IMG/VR virus record: IMGVR_UViG_2873337989_000001
Reading direction: 5' to 3' (one strand)
Source of the DNA: an uncultured virus (IMG/VR IMGVR_UViG_2873337989_000001)
Lineage: Duplodnaviria; Heunggongvirae; Uroviricota; Caudoviricetes
DNA: 59,363 nt
Shown: positions 27,341 through 39,300 of the stretch, piece by piece
Numbering within the stretch: the first letter of the stretch is position 1
How the letters are laid out: each line of letters begins with the position of its first letter
Notes under the pieces: generated by a model
Told to the model about the DNA's origin: nothing
Seen by the model: the letters and a program-made list of their open reading frames with translations, nothing else
Databases searched by the model: none
Position numbers and translations under genes: made by a program

Positions 27341-30300
27341 CTATCGGGTGAAGCGGCGGCCCTCACGAGACCGCCGCGCTGCTCGAACATCACGGTCACG
27401 CCCGAGCACGTCGGCGACGTACTCGGTGTAGTTCTGCCACCCGTTGGCGCGGAACCAGTTGTACAGCTCGTCAGAGGCGTAGGCGTTGACCCGCCGCCAG
27501 TCCCCCGAGAACAGACTCTTCGGATCCACGCCGGCGGCGCGGCCCCGCGCGTTGACCATGTAGCCGTTCGTCGCCGCCTCTGCCTGGCCGTACTGGAACT
27601 CGACCCATTCGTCGTACTGGCGGCGCACCCGCCGATCCACCGACTCTCCGGGCACGCCTTCGTCGACGGCGCTGCGGCGGCGTTCGGCCTCCATCTGCTC
27701 GACGGTGACGCCGTACACGTGCGCCCACGCCTCCTCGCGGTCCATCTCGCCGGAGGCGACGAGCGCGTCGATGCGGGCATCACGCTCCCGCTCGGCCTGA
27801 TCTTCGGCGTCCCACCGGTTCAGCACCTCGGAGATGCGGGCCGCGCTGTAGTTGTCGTCCAGCGAGCCGAGCAGGTCGGCCAGGTCCTCGGCCGACAGCT
27901 CCTCGAGGTTCACTCCTTCCAGCGGATCGCCCTCGATGATGCGACCGCGCAGTTGGGCCATGATCCGCTCGTAGGCGGGGGAGTTCCATTCGACTTGGCC
28001 GAGCAGCGCCTGGAGCTCCTCGACGGACAGCTCATCGAGGTCGACCCCGTCGAGCGGGTCCTTGCCGGGCCCGTCCTTGCCGGTGCCGAGCATGGCGAGC
28101 ACGCCGAGCAGCCACGCGCGCATGTCGTCGTCGAGGTAGTCGGCGCCTCCCATGAGCGCTTCCATGCCGGTGGTGAAGACCTCGCCGCCGCCGTGCGGGT
28201 AGATGCGGCCGGTGTACTTGGAGGGGAACCCGCCGTCGTAGCCGACCTCGCCGGGGAACATCCCTACCGAGACGAGTTCGCCGCGCTCGCGGTGGCCGAC
28301 CTCGCCGCTCGACGTGCGCTCCCACAGGAACGCCCGCTCGGCCTCGCGCAGGCCGGGCAGCCGGTGCTGGAAGGCGTGCCCAAGCTCGTGCACACCCGCG
28401 CGGAACTGCTCGTCCGGCTTCGTGTCCGGCAGGACCACGGTGTGCCGGTCCCGGCTGTAGCCTGCCCGACCGGGACCGCCCATGATGTCGGGCTTGGCGA
28501 CGGCCAGCCCGACCGGGCCCTGGTCACCGAGGAAGGCGACCCAGTCAGCCGGGTAGACGTCCTCGACCCGGCGCATCGCCTGAACCGGCTTGTGGCTCTC
28601 CTTGCGGGCCTGCCCGCCCCCGGTGCGGTACTCCAGGCGGGCACCACCGAACGACCGCACCTGGCCGAGCACCTCCAGCGCGGCCGCGCGGCGCAGCTCG
28701 GCGACGCGGAGCTTGGCCGCCTGATGCGCCTTACGAGCCTTGTTCACCTCACGTTCGGCCCGATCGAACACCTTCTGGTGCGTCGTGTCCGGCGTGTTCA
28801 GGCCGTTGGCGAACGCGTGGCGGTTGGCCTCAGACTCGGCCTTGGCCAGTTCGCGCTCCGCGTCCCACATCGCCTTCTCGGCCGCCTGCGCGCCCGCGAC
28901 AGCCTCCCGGTACTCCGGCGTGTTCAGGCGGGCGGTGAGAGCCTGGTCCACCTCGGCGCCCGCGGCCTTGATGACCGCCAGGTGCCGCATGGCGTGCTCG
29001 CCGGGCCCGTCGTCGTCGGCGACGTCCGGGACGGTCACGGTCACCTGCTCGATCTCAGGGTCGTAGCCGTCTTCCAGATCGGATAGGTCGAGTGGCTTGT
29101 ACACGGTGCGGGTCACCTGCCGGTGCCCCACCTCGCCGAGATTGGCTGGGAGCGCCCGGCGGAAGGCGGCCAGCCGCTCAGGCAGGCTGCCCTGCACGGC
29201 GGGCAGGCCTGCCGGGGCCTCGTCGGCGGGGCCGAACAGCGCCTCCACGTCCAGGCGGCGAGCCAGCGGGATGTCCACCGTGGTGGGCGGGTCGGTGCGG
29301 AACTGCTCCAGCATCCGCGCCAGCGCCTGATCGTGCGTCTCGCCGGGTAGCGGATCGACCTCGAGGATCGACTGGGTCAGGTTGGCCGCGGCCCGCTCGT
29401 GGATCTGGGCGACTAGCGGCGCGAGCCGGTCGGCGAGCGCTGCCGCGTGGGCCTCGTCGCCTCCGGCCAGCGCGCGGGCGGCCTGCAGGGCGGGCGCCTG
29501 CTGGTCGAGCCGCTTCCACGCGTCCTCGACCAGGTCGGGGGAGCGCAGCCATGCCCGGTCCCCGGCCTCGGGTGGGTGGACCCGGCGCATGCCGAGCTCG
29601 TCGCTGATCGCCGCCGCCGCGCTCCGGTACAGGTCGAGTTCGGCTTCGCCGAGCGCCTGCCGTACGGCGCGGACGCGCGCCACCTTGCGGCGGCGGGCCT
29701 GCTGGCGGGCGATGCGCAGCTCGGCGTTGTCGCCGCCGCTCGCGTGCCGTGTCACCTGCAAGGTGGCGTCGTCGTCGAGCATGACCATGGTGGCCAGGTC
29801 ATCGGCGTAGGTGCGCACCAGCGCGGTGGTACCGATCCGGGTACCGTCCGGGCCTGCCAGCGGGGAAAGCTGCTCGACCGTCCCGGCCGCGCCGCCGTGC
29901 GCCGCATCGACACTGATCCTGTCGCCGACCCTGACCGCGCCCGGGTCGACGCGGCCCTCGCCGGAGTCGTCGAGGACCGCCTCCCACGACTGGTCGGTCG
30001 AGGGCTCGCCTCGGCCGACGCGCAGCACGGAGGGGAAGCCGCGCGAGGTGAGCGTGAGCTCGCCGCCGTCGCCGCCCTCGGCGATCACGGCCCACTCCTC
30101 GACCGGGTCGAACTCGCCGCTGGTCTTCCACAGCGACACAACCTTCCGGTCGGTGCCGGCCACGCGGATGGTGTCGCCGGGCTGCACCCGGTCAGGGGTG
30201 ATGTGCTCGCGCCGCCGCTCGGGGGCGGGGGCGGGTTCGACGTCGGCCGGGAGGTCCGGCATCAGGAACACGTCCACCCCGGCGGCCAGGATGCGCTGCT

Positions 30301-33300
30301 CGCGGCGGCCGTCGTCGTGCTCGACGGTGACCGTGACGAACGGGAAGCGGGCGACGGGCTTGGCGTCGACCACTCGCACCGTGACGGCCGGGCCTCCGGC
30401 ATGGTCGGGGATGGCGATCACGTCGCCCGCGGTGAGGTTTTCCGGGTTGGCCTTCTCGGGGGCGACGCGGTGCGGCTCGTGCGGCGGGGCCGGGTATCCG
30501 ACCAGCCGCGCGTAGGAGCCGTCTACCCAGGAGGCGGCCCGCTCCAACGACCTGCGCTGTACGGCGGGCATGTCGCCCCCGGCGAGGGCGCGCAGGCGCT
30601 GGCCGAGTGCGCGCATCTGCTCGGCGCTGACAGGCTGGCTCGCCCGCAGCCTGGCCGCAGCGGTCCGCGCCTGTTCGCTGGCGTTCTCGTCGTCCTCGAG
30701 CGCCAGGGCGAGCACCCGCTTGCGGATGTCGGAGCGCAGCCGGACGCGGGTGGCTGGTGTTCCGTCCGGCAGGCTCGTGATGGTCGAGCGCGGCTTGCGC
30801 TCGCTGGGCGGCTTCGGCGTCCGCTTCCGCTTCGTTCGTAGGCCGCGGCCGCGGGTGACGGTCTCACCGGCGTCCGCCTCGATCAGCATGGGGCGCCCGT
30901 CCGGGTCGAGCAGGTCGAAGGCGATGCGGTCGCCGTCGCGTTCGATGCCGACGATCTTGGAGGCGTGCCCGTCGTCGTTGATCAGCCACTCGCCGACCAC
31001 GACGTCGCTCGCGGCCGCCGGGCCGATCTCGGGCTGGCGGCGTGGCCGGGTGCGCTTGGTGACCTGCTCGCCTTCGCGGCGGGCGCGGAGGGTGCGCCGG
31101 TCGTCCTCGCCGCGTTCGGTGGTGATGGTGAGGCCGCCCGCCCGGGTGACTTCCTCCACCGTGACCGTCTCGGAGCCGTCAGGGGTGTCGACGCGGTCGC
31201 CGACGCTGACGTCCTCGACCGGCGCCGCCTCGGGGATGCCGTCGTCGGCGGCCCGCTCAGCCTCCTGGCGTGCCTGCTCCCACTCGGCGGCTCGGCGGTG
31301 GGCGGCGCGCGGGTCGCCGCCGAGCATCACCAGCCGGTCGGCCAGCGTCTGCCGCAGCGTCTTGACCTGGGCGGCCCGAATCCAGTCCAGGTCACCGTCC
31401 TGGGCGGCGGCCAGCGCAGCGTCCGCGCGTACCCACGCGATCTCCGCGTCGGCGGCCGGGACCTCACCGTTCTCGGCCGCTTCCGCGATGGCGTCGAACG
31501 TGGTGACCGCGTCGACCAGGGCGGGCCCGCCAGCTTCGTCCAGCATCTGGCGGCGGCGTTCGGCCTGCTCGTCCATGTTCGTCTGCCGGGTCTCGGCGCG
31601 GCTGTCACGCAGCCTGGCAGCCTCATCGGTCGAGGTGGCGGCGTCGGCCGTACCAAGACGATCAACGGGCTCGGTGAGGCGTACAGGGCCGGGTTCGGGC
31701 ACGTACCGGGCGGGCTGGTCGCCCTCGAACTCGATCACGTCGGCCAGGCGTACGGGCTGGCCGGGCTGGTAGCCGTCCGGAATGGTGCCCTCCCAGACGC
31801 GGCCGTCGCTCTGGGAGAGGTAGGAGCCGAACCGGGTTCGGATGCGGCGGACGCCGTCGCTGGTGCGGACGACGCGGATACGGTCCCCCGGCATCAGGTC
31901 GCCTGGCTCCACCGTCTCCGTGGCCCGCTCGACTGCGCCCGCAGGCGCCGGGGTGGTCGGCTCGTCCGGCTCCGGCTGAGGTGTGGGCTGGTCAGAGGTT
32001 CCCATACGGAAAGTGCCTTCAGGCTCCTCCACGTTCTCCGACGTGGGAGAGACGTCGCCGATTCCTTCCCCGCTGTCGGGCACGTCCGCGACGGCGAACC
32101 CGTCGTCGTTGGCGTGCACGGACGGCGTCGGGTCGTCCAGGCTCACATTCAGGTCCGGGTCCGGGTCCGTCGCCGGGTCCGGCATGATGGCCGGACGCAG
32201 CTCGTCTAGCCGCCCCTTCAACAGCGCCAGCTCGGTCACTGCCGCCTTGTACGCGTCGCCGTCCGGCTGGCCCTTCAGCTCGTCCAGGTGCGACTGCGTC
32301 TTGATGATCTCGCCCAGCAGCCGCGACCGCTCCCGCGCCTCAGCGAGCTGCCCGGCCTTCGCGAACGGCTTACCGACCGCGCCCTGCATCTTGCCGACCT
32401 GCTCGCGCAGGTGGGCGATGCGCTTGTCCGCGGCCTCGATCTGCGGCTCCAGGCCGGCGAGCCGGTTCTCCAGCGCGCGCAGCATGCCGTTCCCGGACCC
32501 GTCCGTGAGCTGATGCCCCCGGTAGGAGGAGACGCCGCCGGAGAAGTCGAACCCGACGTCGATCACGCGGAAAAGCTGGTCGCCGTAGTAGCGGCGCGTC
32601 TTCGTCGCGTAGATGGGGTGGCCGCCGAGCTCGCCGACCTGGACGGGCCGGTCCTCGGCCGCGGGCCCGTCGCGGACGTCGCGGACCGCCTTCAGGAGCG
32701 GCTCGTACACGTCGGCGCGCTTGTCAGTCTCCAGGTCACCGACCTTGATCATGAAGTTGTCGCCGCGCGTGTCCACCCGGGCGGCGATGGCTTCCTGCCA
32801 TTCGCCGATGTCGGCGGTCAACTCCTGGACCATCTGCTCGGCGCGGGTGATCTGCTGCGCCAGGTTGCCCTGGTTGCGGTCGTGGGCGCGGTCGAGCCGC
32901 TCCAGCCGGTTCAGCTCCGTGTCGGCCTTGGCCTTGTCCATCAGATACGGGTTGCCGGTCGCCAACGCCTTGACCTCGGCGAAGGAGAGAGCGGCGTCAC
33001 CGATGTCCTCGATCTCCCGCACGTCGAGGGTGCCGCGCTTCATCTGAGCGATGAACTTCTGCTTACGCTCGACCGTCTGCCACGAATACCCGTCAAACGT
33101 CCCTTCCGTGACATAACGGATAATTCGGACGTCCTTGTCATGCATGGTCTGGTTGAAGTTGCCCTGCCTCTCCACGCGCCCCTCACGCTGGGCAAGGTCG
33201 GCCGGCCGCCACGGGCAGTCCATGTGGTGCAGGGCGACGGCGCGGGCCTGCACGTTGGTGCCGGTGCCCATCTTCTCCGTGGAGCCGAGCAGGACGGCGA

Positions 33301-36300
33301 TCTTGCCGGTGCGGGCGTCCTCGAACAGCTTCGCCTTCTGCGCGTCCGTGTTGGCTTCGTGGATGTAGCGGATCTTGTTCTCGGGCACGCCCCGGGCGAC
33401 CAGCTGAGCTTTCATCTCGTCGTACGCGGCCCACGTCGAGACATCGCCGTCCCCAGCGGGCGCGTCGACCAGCTCGTCAGGAACGCCCAGCTTCGGGTCG
33501 GGCACCGTCACCAGAGTGTCGCCGCGGGCGATGATGATCTCGTCGACGGCGCCGATGGCAGAGTCCAGCGAGACGATGAACGCCTGCCGCTCGTCATCCC
33601 ATGCGACGCCGGTGATGCGGGTCGGCGTGCCGCTGCGGTTCAGCCACTGGCCAGCCTTCAGCTTCTCCGCGGGCACCTTGGTGCCTCGGGGCTTGCCGGG
33701 CTTCTTCTTCGGCGTGCCCTGGTCCATGAACACGATCTGGAGCGCGCCGGGCGTCGGGTGGAGTTCGTCGTCGTCCTTGCGGACGGGGTACTGCCAGTCC
33801 TTGGAGTGCTGGTAGATCTCGGCGATCTTCTCGGCGGCGACCTCCAGCTTGCCGCCGGACTGCGGTGTGCCCGGGTCGAGCAACCGCATGTCCAGCGCAG
33901 CTCGCTTGCCGTCGCCGGAGATCTTGAGCATGTTGTCCTCGACGACCCGGTCTTCGTCGGGGTCGATGGGGCCGTCCCACTCCTCTTCGGGGACGCCGTT
34001 GATCCACTTGCGGGCGTTGCCGCTCCGGACCGCCTCGGCGCGGTGGCCCAGGTCGGTGATGTATTCGAGCTGCTCAGGGGAGGCGGGGACGACGATGGTC
34101 TCCCCGCGGTTGCCGTTGGCGTCTTTCCGCACAGGCGGGGTCGGCAGGCCCAGGTCGTCGGCGGTCTTGACGTCGGCGAACACCCGGTAGATGCGCAGCA
34201 GCTCGGGCACGTTGCGGAACTTCGCGAACCTGGCCTTCTGCCGGAAGCCGTTGCCGTCCGGGTTCAGTTCGATGTCGGTGATGACGTCGCCGAAGGTGGC
34301 CGCCCACGTGTCGAAGTCGTCGATCCCGGCCTCTTCGAGCAGATCTGGGCGCAGGTAGCGCATCATCACGTACGCCTCGGTCACCGAGTTGGCGATGTCG
34401 GTGCCGGTGGCGAAAGTGACGACGCGGCCGGACTCCGAGCGGCCGCGCAGGTAGTGCAGCTTCATGTGCAGGTCGCTCGCGCGGCCACTGCCGTCGATCC
34501 CTGCGCCCTCGATCCGCGAGGGGGTGCGCAGGTTCTTGTACATGTGGGCTTCGTCGACCATCAGGTAGTCGATGCCGGTGTGCTCGAAGTAGACGGCGCC
34601 TTCGTCCTTCTTCGAGTCGAGCTTGGCCTTGAGCTTCTCCTCGGCCTGCACGAGCTGACGCATCAGCCTCTTCAGTAGACGGGAGTCCTCACCGAATTCG
34701 CGGGCCCGCTCGATCGCGGCGCGCAGCTTCTGCAGTTCGTCATCCCGGTAGTCGCGCTGCACGTCCGGGTGCATGTCGATCTTCTCGAACGCCTTCTGGG
34801 TGAGGATGACGGCGTCCCAGTCGCCCGTCGCCGCGCGGGCGACGAACTCGCGCCGCTTGTCCTTCTCCAGGTCCTTCGTCCCCGCCGCCAAAATCTTGGC
34901 GTTCGGGTACAGCTCCAGGAACTCGCGGGTGAACTGCTCCAGCATGTGGTTCGGGACAACGATCGCGGGCTTGCGCGACATCCCGGTCCGGCGCAGCTCC
35001 ATCGCGCCCATGACCATCTCGGCCGTTTTGCCGGCGCCGACCTCGTGCGCCAGGAGCACCGCGGGCTCGTTGACGATGCGGGCGACTGCCGCCTTCTGGT
35101 GTTCGCGAGGCTTCCACCCGTGCGCGAGGCCGGGCAGGGCCGGATTCGCGCCGTCGTAGGAGCGCAGCACGATCGAGTTGAAGCGGTCGTTGTAGACGCG
35201 GGCCAGGCGTTCGGCGCGGTCGGGGTCCTCCCACACCCACTCCGAGAACCGCTCGGACATCTCCTGCGCTTTTTGCTGCGCCTCGATCGTCCCGGCCGGG
35301 TCGGCGACGCTGCCGCCGCCCGGAGTCGATTGGGTGACCTTGATCGTGGCCTGGCGCAGCAGCGACTCGGCGATCTCGATGGCCGACCACTGCTTACGGT
35401 CGGTGCCGTAGGTGTGGCGGGCCTCGTAGCCGTCCTTGTCGCCGTTGACCTCCCACAGCGACCCGCCCGCGTGGTTCACCTTCACGCTCGGGTCGTTGAG
35501 GATGTCGCGCAGGAACTCCTGAATGGTGGCGGCGTTGATCCACGCAGCGCCCATGCGGGCGTCGATCTCCCCGGGGGTGAGGTCGCGGGGGAGGACCTCC
35601 TCCAGGGCGGCCGCGTTGAGCGCGAACCGCGGGTCGTTCTCGGCCGCTTCCCGCGCCAGGGCGAGCTTCTGCCGGACATTCCCGGACAGGTAGTCGGCGG
35701 CCGGGACGTACTGGCGCTGGCCAGGCAGGAAGTACGGTTCGCCCGACTCGGTGTAGAACGGCGGCTGCTCGTAGACGCGGTTGCCGAGACGCTGCCGCGC
35801 CTCCTCCTCGCCGTCGACGCCGAGCAGCTTGGCGACCTCGTCCAGGCGCAGCTCGCCGAACCGGTCGATGACGACCGCCATGGCCTCGCCCGGGTCGTCC
35901 GTCTCGGTAATGGTCTTCTTCGCCGCGACGACGCGGTGGTCGAAGATGTCGGCCTTGCGCGTGCTGTCGGTGTCCGGGTCGTAGTCGTCGAGCGCGAACA
36001 CGATCGCGCCGGCCGGGTCGGAGCGGAGCAGGCCGATGGCGGTGGCGGCCATCTCCGAGTCGGCGACCTTGCGGCCCTCGGCATCCGCCTTGGCCTTGGC
36101 CTCCTTGGGTGTGAACCGCCGGTTGGCGCGCTTCGACGTCGGCCCCCACCTGCGGGTGTAGTCGTCGTGGCGGCGGTTCAGCTCGGCGCGCAGCTCGTCC
36201 ATGCGCGGCGTGTCGCTCTCGGAGCTGTTCTCCTCGGCGAGGAGGGCGCGGGCGACGTCGCGCAGGCCAAGCAACGCGGTGAGCTGTTCGACCTGCGTGG

Positions 36301-39300
36301 GGTGCACGTTGGCCGGGTTGGCGCGGCCGTCCTTCACCTGGGAGAAGGTGCCGTCGCCGTTCAGGTGCAGCGCCCCGTCGTGGCCTTCGTGACGGGCGGC
36401 GAGTTGCAGCCGCTCCACCGGCTCGTCGGACTGCTCGAACGTGGCTCCCCGCTCCTGGGCGTCGGCCACGATCCGGTCGAGTGCCTCCCGCATCGCGGGG
36501 GCGGCGTCGCGGTCGCCCTTCACGACCACGTCGTGGTCGGTGAACTGGCCGCGCCCGGTCGTCAGCTCGCCGAGGATCTGCTCGGGATGCTGCTGGAAGT
36601 AGGCGTTGATCGGGTGGGGTGACCCGTTGACGTCAGTGATCGGGGCGTTGATCCAGGAGGTGTCTCCGGCCGGTTCGCCTTCGCCGCGCTTACGGAAGAT
36701 GAGCAGGTCAGTGACGACGTCGGTGCCGGCGGCCTTGCGGTGCGCGCCGGACGGGAGCCGGACCGCGCCGACCAGGTCACCCATGCGGGCCATCTCGCGT
36801 CGGGCGGAGTTGTCCTCGCTGTCCATCGTGTAGCGGCTGGTGATGACGGCGACCAGGCCGCCCGGCCGGGTCAGGCCCAGGCTCTTGAGGATGAAGTGGT
36901 TGTGGATCGAGTGCTTGCGCTCGGGGTTGTAGTCGCGGTCCACGAGCCAGTAGTCGCCGAACGGCACGTTGCCGACGACCGCGTCGAAGCTGTTCGCCGG
37001 GGCCCGGGTGTCCGCGAACGACTCATTGCGGACGGTGGCGTCCGGGTAGAGCGCTTGGGAGATGCCCGCCGTGGTCGGGTCGAGCTCCACACCGGTCATG
37101 TGGGCGCCCTCGGGCGCCATGCCGATGAACGTGCCCACACCGGAGCCGGGTTCGAGTACGTTGCCGCCGTTGAACCCCAGCTCGCGGACGGCGTCCCACA
37201 CCTCGGAGACGATCGCCGCGTCGGTGTAGTGGGCGTTGAGTGTGTTCACCTCGGCGTCGCGCCACTCGGCGTCGCTCAACATCTCCCGAAGCTCGGCACG
37301 CTCGGGCGCGAACGACTCCCACCGCTTCACGGCCCGCTCGAACTTCGCCTGGTCCGGGGTGCCGTCGCTCTGCCGGAACCGCTGCTCCTGTACCAGCGGA
37401 CGCGGCTCGAACACGATCGGGAGCGACCCCCACCCGGACCAGCGGGCCAGGATGCGCCGCTCCTCCTCCGTGGCGGGCCGGTCCTCCGCCTGCAGCGCGC
37501 GCAGGGTGCGCACCGCGGCGATGTTCGCGCGGGCTTTCGCCTTCTCACCCGCCGGGGCCAGGTCCTCCTGTGAGGAGGGCCGGAAGCTCTCCTCTGCCGG
37601 AGTTACGCCGGCGGCAGTTCCTCGTTCTCCCTGCCGGGCTCGGGCGTCAGGAACACCTCTTCGTCCAGCACCATCTGCCGGGCGGTCGTCTGCGCGTTCG
37701 CCAGCCTGCCCACCCGATCCTCGAAGCTTTCCCCGGCCGGAGCCTTCCCGGCCAGATCCTCCGCCACCTCGTCGATCCGGTCCTCCACCCGATACGCCAG
37801 GGCCAGGAAGTGCTCGTCCGGATTCTCCAGCTCCGCGAACGCCTGCGGTAGGTACGTCTGCCAGTACCGGCGCGCGAGACTCGCGATCTCGCTCGTCGTC
37901 ATCGCCATCGTCTTCTCCCTCGGCCGGGCTGTCGTCGGTCGGCGCTGGCCCGGTCTTGGGGGCGCCCATTGTAGAACTTACCGTAGCAGGATCATCACGG
38001 TTCGTGTCAATCTGTGTGGGTTCGTCCCGTCCGCGCTCTCGCTCAGCCCGCCGGCGACTCATCTCATCGCCCAACATCGTAAGGATCTGCTGCGAGACGC
38101 CCGTCCCCATAGGCGAGTTCCGCGCCCGCCACCCCAGCTCGTCCAACTCGGCTTCGCTGAGCTTGGTCATGTCGAGCGTCTGCGGGTCGGGCAGCTCATT
38201 GTGGGAGTGCGTCCACTCGAACCGGGCGGCCCCAACTGCATGGTTCGTCTTCGTGATCTCGGCCTGCGCGATGTCCCGCCTCGGCATATGGCGGGGCAGC
38301 CCCTGGTAGGCAGCATTCAGCTCCCGCTGGTAGTCCGAAGCGGCTTGCTCGACGGCGCGGTAGTCGTCACCGCTGAGGGCCTCCACCAGGCGCCCGCGCG
38401 CCGTGGCGAGACGCTGCTCGACGTCGCGGGGCAGCAGGCCCGGCCGGATCGACAGGTCCCGCTCCAGCCGTCCACCCTCATCCGGCGCGGCGGCGCTGCC
38501 GTCGTCCTGGGGCAGTGGCTCCCACCCGCGCAGCACGGTCAGGCGGGCGTTCCACGAGCGGGCCTCCGACCCACGACGACCATCCGGTCCGATGTAGGAG
38601 ATGCGGCCCCGGGCGCGCGGGCCCTTCCCGACCTTCTCCGGGACATTGGTGATGATGACCTCGCGGCCGCCGCGGCCGCCCGGGTTCGGCAGGTACACCC
38701 GGTCGCCTCGGTCCAAGTCCTTGAGCAGCGGCGTCACCTCGACGGTGTCCGGCTGCTCACGAAGCTGCGCGCCTGCCCACGCGGCCAGGTCCTCGTCACT
38801 GCCCTTGCGCCGCCAATGCGACTGGATGACGGACCGGTTGCGCTCCATGCGGTCACGGGTCGGCTGAGGCATGTCCGGCCACGCCTCGAATGCCTCTCCG
38901 GTCAGCCGCATGGCGCGGCCATAGTCGCGGGCCTCGAATGCCTCTTTGGCCTGCTGAGATAGGGCCTTGGCGCGTTCCTCGCCCGTGGCGGCCGTTTCGC
39001 TATCGGCCTCGGGCGCGGCGGCCTCCTCGGGAACCCCCTCGGGGGCCTCCTCCCTGGCGGGCTCTGCAGGCGGGGCGGGCTCTGGCTCGCTCCGCGGCCC
39101 CTGGTCGCGCTCGTGCGCGGTGAACATGTCCTCGGTGCCCTGGGCCTCACGCCCCACATCAGAGAACAGCCCAGACTGCGGAGCGCTCGGAACCGGCACG
39201 GCACCGCGCGGCTGCTGCTCCTGCCCGGCCTTGCCCGTCTTGTGGACCGCGTGATCCTCATCCAGCTCCCACGCCAGGCCGTCACCGTGCAGCCCGCCGC

